Shown here: positions 1 through 12,814 of the stretch, piece by piece
Layout: every line of letters begins with the position of its first letter
Position numbering within the stretch: position 1 is the first letter of the stretch
Assembly (NCBI GenBank): GCA_038087875.1
Contig: CM075989.1
Span: 4,216,001 to 4,280,000 of the forward strand
DNA length: 64,000 nucleotides
Reading direction: 5' to 3'
DNA from: Malacoraja senta
Taxonomy: Eukaryota
Program-made: the position numbers and the translations under genes
The notes under the pieces: generated by a model
What the model saw: only the letters and a program-made list of their open reading frames with translations
Told to the model about the DNA's origin: nothing
The model's database searches: none

Positions 1-148
1 GGTCCTGACCTGAAACGTCAACTATTCATGTTCTCCAGGGATGCTGCCTGACCCGTTGAGATACTCCAACATTTGCATCATGTTTTGTAAACCAGGATCT
101 GCAGTTCCTCATTTCTACACTTGGAATTTTGCAAATTGGAGAGCGCTT

Positions 149-560
149 CTCAAGAGTCAAGAGAGTCAAGAGTGTTTTATTGTCATATGTCACAGATAGG
201 ACAATGGAATTCTTACTTGCTGCAGCACAACAGAATATGTAAACATAGTACATAACGGGAGAAGAAAAAAAGTTCAGTGTGTATATATACACATGCACAC
301 ATACTCAATAAATAAACAAATATAGTGCAATTAAATAATAGTCTGTTGTAGTTCAGAGCTTACCTGATGGCTGTAGGGAAGAAGCTGTTCCTGAACCTGA
401 ACATTACCGTTTTTAGGCTCCTGTACCTGCTTCCTGATGGCAATGGTGAAATGAGTGTGTGGCCAGGATGGTGTGGGTCTTTGATGATGTTGAACACCAA
501 ATGGGCAGAGATAGAGTTGCAAAAGAAGATGGTGGTGGATGTGGGCTGGTGATGGTGCAG
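149..560 (-). mobile_element. Rex1/Babar-like LINE 3' fragment
   Basis: Has a (CAAGAGT) tail and 'ctgatggctgtagggaagaagctgttcctgaacctg', the antisense of a Rex1-like C-terminus (..NSFFPTAIR). Same motif as at 51630-51750. Confidence 0.6.
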
Positions 561-589
561 GGCAATGCATTAACGTGCATCCGAACGTG

Positions 590-1340
590 TTAAACCAGCC
601 CACAAGAAAAACTAGGACTTTATTCCTTGGAGCACAGGAATCTAAAGGTGATCTTATCATGCATAAAATCATAATTAACATCATATGATCATGAGGCGAG
701 TTGATAGGGTCTTTTACCCAGTGTACATAGAACCAGAGGACATAGGTTTAAGGTGAGAGATGGGATATATTTAATGAGAAACTGAGGGGCAATGTTATCA
801 GAAAGAGAGTGATGGAAATATGGAACGAGCTACTTGTAGTAGAGGCAGGTACCACTGTATAACAACATTTAAAAGGCATTTGGACAGTTGCATGTAAATG
901 CTACGATGGTTCAATGGTGCTTTTAGAGTCACATGTGCGAAGTGCAAATGCACAGTGACATTTTCTTACAGACAGTCCAGTAGAGTATTGCCATTGGGAA
1001 ACTGATCTCTGATTAGCAAACTGTACAGAAATAGTCTATTGGTCATGCATGCACAAGGCGCCATGTTTGGGCGTAATTTTCAGAGTCCAGTCCAGGCTCT
1101 TGGTATTATGAGCAATGCCCGTTTCAAGTGAGCCCCAGGCTGCAGTGGACCTCCAGCTGTTGTCTTGCTTGAACATGCAGGTAGACCTGCGATCTGACAT
1201 CACTCTCATCGCCCGTCCGCCAAACATATAGAGGAATATGGGCCAAACACAGACAGGTGGGACTAGCATAGACGAGGCATCTTAGTCGGTATAAGCATGC
1301 TGGCTCGAAGGGCCTGTTTATGTGCTATCTGACTCCGACA
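590..1340 (+). mobile_element. CR1/HER1-type LINE 3' fragment, interrupted at about 896-1224
   Basis: Contains 'aaccagaggacataggtttaaggtgaga' and the 3' end 'ggctcgaagggcctgttt..ctatctgact'. Confidence 0.7.
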
Positions 1341-1660
1341 GTTTAGTTCAGTTTAGAGATGCAGGGCAGAAACAGGCCCTTTGGCCCATCGGGTCCGCAC
1401 TGACCAGCGATCCCCGCACATTAACACTATCCTACACACGCACTAGGGACAATTTACACATACACCGAGCCAATTAACCTCCACACCTGTACGTCTTTGG
1501 AGTGTTGGAGGAAACTGAAGATCTCGGATAAAGTCCACGTAGTCACGGGGAGAACGTACAAACTCCGTACAGACAGCACCCGTAGTCAGGATCCAACCCA
1601 GGTCTCCGGCGCTGCAAGCACTGTAGGGCAGCAATTCTACCGCTGCACCACCATGCCACC
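1341..1660 (-). mobile_element. HE1-like V-SINE (tRNA head, V-domain, CR1-like tail)
   Basis: Antisense A/B-box head, V-domain core and (CTAAA)n tail. Confidence 0.85.
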
Positions 1661-2009
1661 CCTAGACTTCCCAGAGCCCACACCTTGGGCATGGAGTGGG
1701 CTAACTGAGTCCCTTTACATGGACACATGATCAGGGCGACACAAGTTGAAGCTTCTGCGAACTCCACTTACAAGCACACAGAAGTCTCGATCTTCATGGA
1801 GGACTACAAACAATGAAGTGTCATATTATACGAGAATCATTTAATGCATAAAATGAGTACATCAACCTAAATCTGATTATTTTTAGTTTGACGTGCTCCT
1901 TATCACAAATTTTGGTCAGCCTTAATTGATGGGAGGTGTGTATGCTGAAGATGTCATCACATGCTCAGAATACAATGCGGAAATGCCCCAATGTTGGGAT
2001 GGATTGTAT

Positions 2010-2315
2010 CTTTAGACTTTAGAGATACAGCATGGAAGTAGGCCCTTCGGCCCACCAAGTCCGTGACAACCAGCGATCATTCATACACTAGCACCATCCA
2101 ACACACTAGGGACAATTTACAAATTTTACCAAAGCCAATTAATCTACAAACCCGTACGTCTTTGGAGTGTGGGAGGAAACCGGAGCACCTGGAGAAAACC
2201 CCATGCGGTCACAGGGAGAATGTACAAACTCCGTATGGACAGCACCCGTAGTCGGGATAGAACCCGTGCGTCTGGTGCTGTAAAGCAGCAACTCTACCGC
2301 TGCACCACTGTGCTC
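2010..2315 (-). mobile_element. HE1-like V-SINE
   Basis: Same consensus as the other copies in the window. Confidence 0.85.
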
Positions 2316-2708
2316 CAGTTTTCCAATTTGAGGAATCAACTGGAAATGTGTGTTAATGTTTCGAATCATGTCCCAAATCCCTCGTGTATTTTATTAACAT
2401 GTACACAGCCTCAGTACTAATGTCTTTCTCCAAATTGAGTGTGCGGGTGTATGAATCCCAGGCAGGTCCATCTAATATTTGTACACTTGCCCTCTCCATT
2501 TTGTTTGCCTGTCAGCGCTATTAAAGGCACTAAACTCTGCTCAGCACCTCACTGTTATAACACTCCTGATCTTGGGTAGAGGATGTTTCCTTTAACTTAA
2601 TATGTTTTAATACACTTTCCCCTTCCTTTTTGATTTTTTGTTTTCATCATGGACTTGAATCTCACCAGTTGGTTTGGCATTTGTCGCTTTTGTATTTCTC
2701 TGATTTAG

Positions 2709-2798
2709 ATTTCCTGAAGCAAACTTGAAAAGACTGGAGAGGAGGCAGTGGTGACCCTTAATCATAAATACAAACGACATCGTCCGTCCTTGCATCGG
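2709..2798 (+). other. Candidate 90-nt non-coding internal exon
   Basis: Acceptor ttttgtatttctctgatttag| and donor CGG|gtaaga. Stops occur in all three frames. Lies in unique DNA. Confidence 0.4.
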
Positions 2799-3217
2799 GT
2801 AAGAAACTCGGAGGCTGCGTTTAATAAATGGCCAACACGGGCTCTCATCAAATGCCTAGACTTATTCATAAGACCCAGCCCCCTACTGAGTTCTGTTTCC
2901 CTGCATTGTGCAGCTGTTGTCTAGACTAATATCTGAGCACAATGCCTAATTTTTCTAAACAGTAGAATTACTTATGTGGATTTGAACCAAAGATAATTAT
3001 TTTAGAAAAATATGATTACATACCGTCTTTATTTTTTCAAATATCTTCCATTTTATTCCTTCTAATGTGTGCCATGGATCAATGGCGTCAAAACATCCTC
3101 CAGTACTTTACCCAATGTGTCCATTGTGTGTGCTGTACAGTCAGGTTAACAAAGGATGTGTTACAGCCAAACTTGATCTCCTGCTCATCCAACACTTGAG
3201 CGTTATCCCGCAGAAGA

Positions 3218-3900
3218 AAGACTTGCATTTAACTACCACCTTTTCATGTAACTTTGGATATCCAAAAAGTACTTTGCAACCAATAAAAGCTTAGGCATTG
3301 ATATGATGCAGGAACAACGTGAGCCAGTTTACACACAACAAAATAGAAACGTGAGAGTAAATGGATAATTTACTTATAGTGGTTAAGGATAATTGTGGGC
3401 TCAGAACAGATCCCCTACTGAACTACTATCTACCTCATTGGCGACCCTTGGACTATCTTTGATCGGACTTTACTGGCTTAATCTTGCATGAAAGGTTATT
3501 CACATTATTTTCTTTATCATGTATCTGCACATTGTCAATGGCTCGATTGCAATCATGTATTGCCTTTCCGCTGACTGGTTAGCACACAACAAAAGCTTTT
3601 CACTGTACCTCGCTGCACGTGACAATAAATAACCTAAACTAAACTACTCCTACTTGAAACAGTGCCGGATCATTCTCAGGGGGCAGATGGGGTCTCAGTT
3701 GAGTGCTAACTTTGAAGGACGAAATTTACAGCAATGCAACACCACGCACCCCCTCCCCCCTCCCTCCTCCCCCTCCCCCCTCCCCCCTCCCCCCTCCCCC
3801 CTTCCCCCTTCCTCTCCATCCCCCCCCCCCCCACTTACTCTCCCACCCCCTCCCTCAACTAATCTGCTTGGATGTTCTGTGCTAAAGGTAGAGGCAGTTT
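3218..3900 (-). mobile_element. Ancient Deu-domain (SacSINE1/AmnSINE-like) SINE fossil, interrupted by a LINE 3' piece (about 3411-3650) and a C-rich tract
   Basis: 'acttgcattta..' tail and 'ggggcagatggggtctcagtt..gaaggac' Deu-like core, matched from memory of the family consensus. Confidence 0.5.
3749..3855. repeat. C-rich low-complexity tract (G-runs on the minus strand)
   Basis: (CCCCCT)n-like sequence. It gives rise to the poly-Pro ORFs in the track. Confidence 0.9.
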
Positions 3901-4009
3901 TGATCTGTTGCTAAACGAGTCTGTATAGTGTTGGCTGCTGCTTAAACTTATCTTGACACCTTTGATTTCACAGACATCATTGGGGCACAATGTGCAGCTC
4001 ACAATTTCG

Positions 4010-4310
4010 GTTTAGTTTAGTTTAGAGATAGAGCGGAAACAGGCCCTTTGGCCCACTGAGTCCGTGCCGACCAGCGATCCCCATACACCATACACTAACG
4101 CTATCCTACACACTAGGGACAATTTACAATCTTTGCTGAAGCCAATTAACCTACAAACCTGTGTCTTTGGAGTGTGGGAGGAAACCGGAGCTCCCGGTGA
4201 AAACCCACGTGGAGAACGTCCAAACTCCGTACAGACAGCACCCGTAGTCAGGATCAAACCCGGGTCTCCGGTGCTGTGAGGCAGCAACTCTATCCCCACA
4301 ACACAATGTG
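4010..4310 (-). mobile_element. HE1-like V-SINE
   Basis: Consensus match with a (TTTAG)n tail. Confidence 0.85.
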
Positions 4311-5096
4311 CGAACAATTAGGCTGGTAAATAAAAGCAAACCTCTGCTTCCTCACAAGGCACTGAGGAGGACTGTGTGTAAACACCAGCCACAAACTGAA
4401 TGTTTAGGATGGAGGATTGACAGCTGATCATGTGAACAGCTTCAGTCTGGATGGTGCGAAGGTACTTGAATGTTGGTGGAGCTGCACTCACTGCAATACA
4501 AAGGCATGAAGCACGGAAACGGGCCCTTCAGCCCACTTGTCCTCGCCAACCAAGATGCCCCCATCTGCGGTAGCCCCACCTGCCCATGTTTGGCCCATAT
4601 CCCTCTAAATCTTTCCTATCCACGTAATGTGAAAATGTTAATGTTGTGTTTTTGATACATCTTGACTTTGGAAAATCAAATGTCAGGATTTTTAGATGTC
4701 ATGAGGTGAATCATTTGTCACAGGCGGCAAGTCTCTGATCGAGGCTAGTAGTCACAGATTTAATGTGATTGATTGTGCGTTTGTTCAACAGTGACACATG
4801 GTATATTGATGGCTGTGGGATATGGCAATCACAATGCCATTGAATGTCAGAGATAGTTGATCACAGACTCCTTCATTGGACATAGGATAGACACAAAAAG
4901 CTGGAGTAACTCAGTGGGACAGGTAGCACCTCTCCAGAGAAGGAATGGGTGATGTTTCAGGTCGAGACCCTTCTTCAGACCTATCTTCAGTTTAAACCAG
5001 CATCTGCCATTCCTTTCGACACACCCTTCATCGGACATGTTCCTTTCCTGGCTCTCTTGTTGCATGAATGTTCCTCTCATTTATCCCATACATTAA

Positions 5097-5395
5097 GGGT
5101 GGCATGGTGGTGCAGTGGTAGAACTGCTGCCTTACAGTGGTAGAGACCTGGGTTCGATCCTGACCTCAGGTGCTGACTGTACAAAGTTTGTACGTTCTCC
5201 CTGTGACCACGTGGGTTTCCTCCGGGTGTTCTGGTTTGCTCCCACATCCCAAAGACTTGCAGGTTTGTAGCTTAATTGCCTTCTGTATATTGTCCCCGGT
5301 GTGTAGGATTGAATGAGTGTATGGGTGATCATTGATCAGCAAGGACTCAATGGGCTGAAGGACCTGTTTCCATGCTACATCTCTAAACTAAACTA
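5097..5395 (+). mobile_element. HE1-like V-SINE
   Basis: tggtgcagtggtag A-box, ggttcgatcc B-box and ctaaactaaact tail. Confidence 0.85.
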
Positions 5396-6359
5396 GACCT
5401 GACTACTCCACAGATTTTACTGCTTCTCTTTCTAAAGAGATGCAGATGGAAATCTTTAACATGTAATAATCAGAGATCACCCCAATCTGATCCATGGTGG
5501 AGAGAAATATGCTGCCACATATTTTCACTTTTGGCAGGAGATAGGACTGTGTGGTACTTTGTAACTTTGTTGGCACCAGACACATGGTGTACTGCCTAGG
5601 CTGTATGCAAAACGAAGCACTTCACTGTACCTAGGTACATGTGACAATAAGGTTTCATTCATTCATCTAATTGTGTCGATTTAAAAGGCATTTGGACAGC
5701 CACATGGATAGGAAAGGTTTAGAGGGATATGGGCCAAACGCAGATAGGTGGGGTTAGTATAGCTGCGGCATCTTGGTCGGCGGATGCAAGTTGGGCCAAA
5801 CCAGTTTCCATGCTGTATGAGTCTATGACTATTTGTCGGTGTTGTCACCCAAAATGGTTAACTACATCTGCATTGAACTTAAAGACTGAAGCAGAGTCAT
5901 AGATCTTTAACATCAAGATCGCAGTCATCAACAACTCTCTTTACCCAAGAACAATCTAAATTTGCACTCCATGTTCCAGAGTTTTTGAACCAGACTCTAT
6001 TATTAACTGTGAAACAAAAATTACATGAGAAATGATAAAAAGTAGCATCCAACCCCCTTTTGTTCCTCGCGTTTGTCATCCTCTCGTCCCCAGAGTGCCA
6101 CGTTTCAGTGAAACACAGGAGAGTAGTATAGCAGAGTCGGGACAAGACCTGAATAATGCCTGAAAGAATAACGTGATCATTGTTCCTATTTTCCAGCACA
6201 TACTTCGATAAGAACAAAACACAATACGCATTCAAATCCCACCTGAAGACTGCGAATTCTTTAGCTTTCCCCATGATACGGCGCTTCTGGAGACGTGAAG
6301 CTGTCGCCATGAACTAGGAGGAGCAACAGGCTGGAAGGCAAACGAGGATGGCCTGAATG

Positions 6360-6485
6360 GCCAGCTGGCAGCCATTTTGTGTGAGAGAGAGAGAGACAGA
6401 GAGAGGGAGCTTGCAGCCATCTTGAGGGGTGGGGCTGCAGTTCCTGTCGTGGACGCATTGCCACACAGTGTGGCATAAGGTAAGT
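6360..6485 (+). promoter_or_regulatory. Promoter/first-exon-like segment with two YY1-type motifs and a strong splice donor
   Basis: GCCATTTT at 6371-6378, GCCATCTT at 6416-6423, a GA repeat, and donor AAG|GTAAGT at 6479/6480. Confidence 0.4.
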
Positions 6486-7548
6486 AATGCAGTTCTCAAT
6501 TCCACAATCGTGCCCTCCACTGACATCTCCACAACAAACCCTCCCACCCCCCACCCCCCACCTCTACTTTGCTCATTACACTAATTACCTAAGCACGGAG
6601 CAATAAATGTAACGCGAGTGACCCAATCCTGTCTCTCGTATTCTTTCAAGCAGATAATCTGCCCTTGATTTTAATTGAATTAACATTATTTCAGAATTCT
6701 TTGATCAGTCCTTCCGTCCTTTTTATAGATTGGTGATGAATAGAACGACCTGCATCTTATTCGGTCAAACGCAGAGAGTAAAATATTTGGCGATTTTACC
6801 AAATAATTGACGATGTGTAAATAGTTTTTAAAGAGACTGTATATCACTTTCCTGTCATCCCTTCCCATTTTAAGACAATTAAAAACTGGGCCAAGGATTA
6901 ATATCGGGCAAATCTACTTTGAAAGGATGACTTTAAATTAAAAAAACAAGACGAATAAGTAATAAAGAACATTCGATCGGTTTAATTCTGAAGAAATTTT
7001 ACAGGAATAAATTTACTTTTTATATCTGCATCTGGTTATCTTTACGTTAGTGTGTGTATCTTCTCTTATTTCTTCTTTCTGATTGCTGAATTTCTAACAA
7101 TGCTGGTGGTCTTCACAAATCGGCCTTTTGCTGGGGTCTTGCTTAAATGGTACCTCTCTGACCACAGGCCCAGAGAGTGAGTGGATCCAAGGGCCATCAG
7201 TGCCATAGGTCACTACATATGCTCACAATGCTGACCTTGCCTCATTTTCTTGTATGGGGCCAAGAGGAAGGAGATCAGGACCAAGAATGCAAGGCAGGCT
7301 ACTCTCCTTCCAATCTTTTCCTGGATATCCCACCTCCTTAATTTGTGAAGCTGTTTCTTGCAAGAAAACATCCCTGCTGAAATGGCTGCATTTATTAACA
7401 TTTGCAACAATTTAATCATTCCACATCATGTACTCAACCCAATTAATTTGATCATGCAATTTGCTGTCACTCTTAACTCTTTAAATGCTGATCCTTAGTG
7501 CAGAGCTATTGCATGTTCAACACAGAAGAACCCATTGCTGCACTGACA

Positions 7549-9770
7549 TACAAACATAGAACCATAGAAAATAGGTGCAGATGGAGGCCATTTGGCCCAT
7601 TCATTGTGATCATGGCTGATTATCCACAATCAGTAACCCGTGCGTGCCTTCTCATTCCCCTTGATTCCGCTAGCCCCAAGAGCTCTAACTAACTCGCTTT
7701 TAAATTCATCTAGTGAATTGGCCTCTACTGCCTCTGTGGCAGAGAATTACACAAATTCACAACGCTCTGGGTGAAAAAGTTTTTTTTCATCTCAGTTTTA
7801 AATGGCCTCCCCTTTATTCTTAGACTGTGGCCCCTGGTTCTGGACTCCCCGAACATTGGGAACATTTTTCCTGCATCTAGCTTATGCAGTCCTTTTATAA
7901 TTTTATATTTCTATGAGATTCTCTCTCATCCTTCTAAATTCCAGTGAATAAAAGCCCAGTCTTTCCAATCTTTCCTCATATGACAGTCCCGCCATCCCGA
8001 GGATTAACCTCATGAACCTTCGCTGCACTGCCTCAATAGCAAGGATGTCCTTCCTCAAATTAGGAGACCAAAACTGCACACAATACTCCAGATGTGGTCT
8101 CAACAGGGCCCTGTGCAACTGCAGAAGGACCTCTTTACTCCTCTCGTTATGAAGGCCAACATACCATTAGCTTTCTTCACTGCCTGCTGTACCTGCATGT
8201 TTACTTTCAGTGACTGGTGTACAAGGACAGCCAGGTCTCGTTGCACTTCCCTTTTTCCTAATCTGACACCATTGAGATATTAATCTGCCTCCTTGTTCTT
8301 GCCGCCAAAGTGGATAACCTCACATTTATCTACATTATACTGCATCTGCCATGCATCTGCCAACTCATTCAACCTATCCAAGTCACCCTGCAACCTCGTA
8401 GCACCCTCTTCCCAGTTCACACTGCCACGCAGCTTTGTGTCATCTGCAAATTTGCCAGTGTTACTTTTAATCCCATCATCTAAATCATTACTATATATTG
8501 TAAATAGTTGCGGCCCCAGCACCGAGCATTGTGGCACTCCGCTTGCCTCTGCATGCCATTCTGACAGGGATCCGTTTATTCCTACTCTTTGTTTCCTGTC
8601 TGCCAACCAATTCTCTATCCGTCAATACCCTAAGCCCAATACCATGTGTTCTAATTTTGCCCACTAATCTCCTGTGTGGGGCCTTATCAAAGGCTTTCTG
8701 AAAGTCCAGATACACTATATCCACTGGCTCTCCTTCATCCATTTTAATTGTCACATCCTCAAAAAAATCCAGAAGATTAGTCAAGCAGGATATCCCCTTC
8801 GTAAATCCATGCTGACTTGGACCAATCCTTTTACTACTATCCAAATGCGCCGTTATTACTTCTTTAATAATTGACTCCAGCATCTTTCCCACCATCGATG
8901 TCAGGCTAACTCGTCTATAATTCCCTGTTTTCTCTCTCGCTCCTTTCTTGAAAAGTGGGATAACATTAGCTACCCTCCAATCCACAGGAACTGATCCTGA
9001 ATCCATAGAACATTGGAAAATGATCACCAATGCGTCCACGATTTCTAGAGCCACCTCCTTGAGTACCCTGGGATGCAGACCATCAGGCCCTGGGGATTTA
9101 TCAGCCTTCAGTCCCATCAGTCTACCCAATACTATTTCTCGACTAATGCAAATGTCTTTCAGTTCCTCTGTCTCCCTAGATCCTCTGTACTCTAGTATAT
9201 CTGGGAGATTGTTTGTGTCTTCCTTAATGAAGACAGAACCAAAGTACCTGTTCAACTCTTCTGCCATTTCCTTGTTCCCCATTATAATTTCACCTGTTTC
9301 TGCCTTCAAGGGGCCCACTTTTGTCTTTACTAATCTTTTTCTCATAACATACCTAAAAAACATTTTCTATCCTTCTTTATATTCTTGGCCAGCTTACCCT
9401 CGTACTTCATCTTTTCACCCTGTATTGCCCTTTTTGGTACCTTTGAAAGTTTCCCAATCCTCTGGCTTCCCGCTACTCTTTGCTATGTTATACACCTTTT
9501 ATTTCAGTTTTATTCCATCCCTAACTTCTCTTGTCAGCCACATTTGCCACTTACTCCCCTTAGAATATTTCTTCTACTTTGGATCCGGCATCTTCTGGAT
9601 TATGCCCTGAAATTCCTGCCATTGATGTTCCACCGCTATTCCTGCTGGGATCCTTTTCCAGTCGGCCTTGGCCAGCTCCTCTCTCATGCCTTCATAGTCC
9701 CCTTTGTTCAACTGCAACACTGACACTTCTGATTTAACCTTCTCCCTCTCAAATTGCAGATTAAAACTTA
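7549..9770 (-). mobile_element. 5'-truncated CR1/HER1-type LINE with frameshifted ORF2 reverse transcriptase
   Basis: ORFs 8491-9363 (KSPGPDGLHPRVLKE, YLDFQKAFDK), 8280-8606 (GVPQCSVLGP, FADDTK) and 7903-8118 (RPHLEYCVQFWSP). Has a (CTATGTTT)-type tail. Confidence 0.95.
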
Positions 9771-10489
9771 AAGGGCCACAAGACTCCTAGCAACCTGTCA
9801 TAGCAACAGTGTATGTGTCTTTGCATCATGGCATTCTGTTGCAAGCGGAACATGCTTAAAATACTTCCTCAAATATCGCTGATGTTAATGGCGACAAAAC
9901 AAATGGTTAGCCATTATTTAATGGATCTTTAAAAAAATCAAAGAGGGCCTTTAAATTATAAAGATATAAAGCAGATTTTGACAACCAGTGACTTGCTAAT
10001 GCTTCAAAGCGAATCGGGTGTTACTGGAACTTGGCAAATACACTGGGTTTTTCCTTTGCTCTTAATTCCCATCTCATTGGAAAGGTTTGGTTCATGCAGG
10101 GAACATTCCATACAACCCATCTCGAATGCTCTTTCTCCATTACCTCTGCATGCAAACAGTACCAGCTTGTAATCAAAAGTAGAAAGCCATTCTGTTATTG
10201 TAATTCCCTCGGTGGATGTGGGCTGTACATAGTGTGGGTGTTGAGTGAGCGCAGAATTGGACGCAGCGTGAAAAATAGATGATCAGCGGTACTAGTAGCC
10301 AAAGCTCCCGAAGGTATGATGCCCATAGGATGCAGAGTTCGCGCTGGAACTACAGTCCGAATAAGACACCACCTACAATGCAGAAGAATTTATAATCTGG
10401 AGGAAACAAACTTTGCTGGAAGTTAAAAATCAATGCCAGACTCTTCAATCTAGACAGAGCACAATGTTAATGTCAGGATCAAGCCAGAA

Positions 10490-10762
10490 CCATAGGGAGG
10501 GGGGGGGGGAAGGTTTATTAGGAACCTGAGGGATAACCTTTTCAAACAAAGGGTGGCGGGTGTATGGAACGAGCTGCCAGAGGAGGTAGTTGAGGCAGGT
10601 ACTGTCACAATGTTTAAGAAACATTTAGACAGGTACATGGATGGGGACAGGTTTAGAGGGATATGAGCCAAACACAGGCAACTTGGACTAGTGTGGATGG
10701 GACATATTTGAAGGTGTTGGCCGAAGGTCCTATTTCCACACTGTAAGACTCTATGACTCCAT
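10490..10762 (+). mobile_element. CR1/HER1-type 3' fragment
   Basis: 'gtatggaacgagctgccagaggaggtagttgaggcagg' and a (GACTCTAT) tail. Confidence 0.8.
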
Positions 10763-10877
10763 GATGAGTCGTTTGTGATGCATAATTTGCTGGGGTCTTG
10801 TGCACTTTGTTCTGTAGAAAATTACGTGGTGAAGATTTGAAGCTCTCCAGGTCAACTCGACTATATATTGGCCCCAA

Positions 10878-11230
10878 CTCACAGCAGCGCTGCTGGTCAA
10901 GCTGCTGCTTCACAGTGCCAGAGACCCAGGTTTGATCCTGACCACTGTCCTCTCCATGCCGAGTTTGCACATTCTCCTTCTGACTGCATGCGTTACCTCT
11001 GATTAAAATCGCCCACATCCCAAAGACATTTATGTTTGTAGGTTAATTGGCCTCTTTAAATTGTCCAGACAATTAACCTACAAACATAAATGTCTTTGGG
11101 ATGTGGGCGATTTTAAGGAGTGGATGAGCAAGTGAGCTCACATACAACTGGTGTGAACGGGTGATCGATGGTCGGAGTGGTCTCAGTGGGTTGAAGGGTC
11201 TGTTTCCATGCCCAATCTCGAAACTAAAAC
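10878..11230 (+). mobile_element. HE1-like V-SINE containing a 47-bp perfect inverted repeat
   Basis: SINE head, core and tail are present. Repeat arms are at 11003-11049 and 11070-11116. Confidence 0.8.
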
Positions 11231-12814
11231 AGTGCAATGCTATGAAAAATATCATAATTAAAAACATTGTTGAAAAAAATTACAGAATTTTTAAAATTAT
11301 ACAAGATGTTTACACTTCAGAGAGATAATTTCTTTGTGAAAGAAAATGGCTATTGAATTCAAATGATTCTGGGATAGATATCAACTGGAAAGATTTTCTG
11401 TTTTTTTAGAATGGTTTTCTGAGTTTATTCCTTCCCAAATCTAGCCAATTGTTTTTGTAGGTTTCAGGGATGGTCTTTCCCCTTTGTGACTGAGCTACAC
11501 TAGTGCGGAGCGTATTCAGAAGAGGGAGGAGCTCTTCCTGCCTGACCACACAATACAGTACTAATGTTAACCAGCCTGCTTTTATAATCTGCTGCTTGCT
11601 TGGACCTACCTTGCAAGAACAATTGGGATTGACTTGTTATTTCACACAACCATAAATGAGCATTAATTTCCAATAAATCTGAGCATTTCTGTGCATTTCT
11701 TCAGTGCAAATATTTGCCATTTAAATATCGTTCAAATCTACAGATGCAGCAATCATATTCATGCTTTACAGACATCATCACCCACAAATGTAAAATATTC
11801 GGGGGTACATCTGTCTCGAGTTGCATTGGTTTTACTGTAGATATATTGCTCCACAGATGTAACAATGCAACCATAGTCTTTTCACTGGAGGTTAGCAAAA
11901 TGCACCAGAGATTAATGAGTAGATGCGGCTGAAAATCCTCCACTAATTCACAAAGGGGAATATTTCACAGCACTGATAACTTCATAAAACAATTTGGCTA
12001 TTCATTATCGTTTATTTTGATTTGTTTTGATAATTATAAGCAAATTTGCACAGTTTGGTTTTGGTATGGTCTGCTCTGTTTCCCTGTAGCAAAAATCAGT
12101 GTCATAAACTATAGAAACTGCCCACATTGAGCTTTAGATTATAGCACAGTTATTCGCAAACAATGGAGTTCAGAACTAAATTTGATGGGATTATTTTCTG
12201 GTATAGCAGCTATAGTTCCATTTAGAAGAATTAATAATATATATATTTAACATTATAATAGTTTACCCCAATTAATGGTCAGTGGGAAGTGGATTATATT
12301 CAGTAGCTGAATTTACTTATGTGAGTTACAGTGGGACGTCATAGATAGAAATTATAGTCACAAAAAACGAGATCACTGAGTCAAATATCAATCAATCTCT
12401 CCATAAATTATTTGATTTTTGAGCACTGTTCAATGTCATGCTTATTGAAATGTCTCCTGAACATGAATAAAAGTGAATGTTGGAACGCATTCCATTTTTC
12501 ACAGCCCCACCTTGTCTTACATTCGACACTAGCCTATTGGCATGTGTTTCAGTTTAAGTGCCAGCTGTTTGCACGGAGGGAGTATGTAATGCTGTCAAAA
12601 AGATTGTCTGAATAAGATGCTTCCAACAGACATTTGCAAATTTTTTACTTTGACTGTCACGAACAAAATGTTGTCCCCATTTGTTGGTAGCAAGGGGCAG
12701 ATTTATTGAGCCTGAATTCTCTGGAGTTTCTTTGAGTCCATTCCATGGCTTCTCAATAAAACTTGGAGAATCTTATGTTGTAGTGGAATCCTGGTAAATA
12801 ATTTTCTTTGTTAC

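Noticed and set aside
3654..3914. Poly-proline ORFs
   Set aside because: C-rich low-complexity tract.
5097..5170. tRNA-like A/B-box sequences
   Set aside because: SINE heads. They continue into the V-domain and lack a full cloverleaf.
6094..6163. Possible terminal exon VPRFSETQESSIAESGQDLNNA*
   Set aside because: The acceptor is good, but the peptide is unrecognised and has no other support.
8948..9610. 220-aa plus-strand ORF (also 8293-8667 and 52264-52548)
   Set aside because: Antisense shadow of CR1 ORF2.
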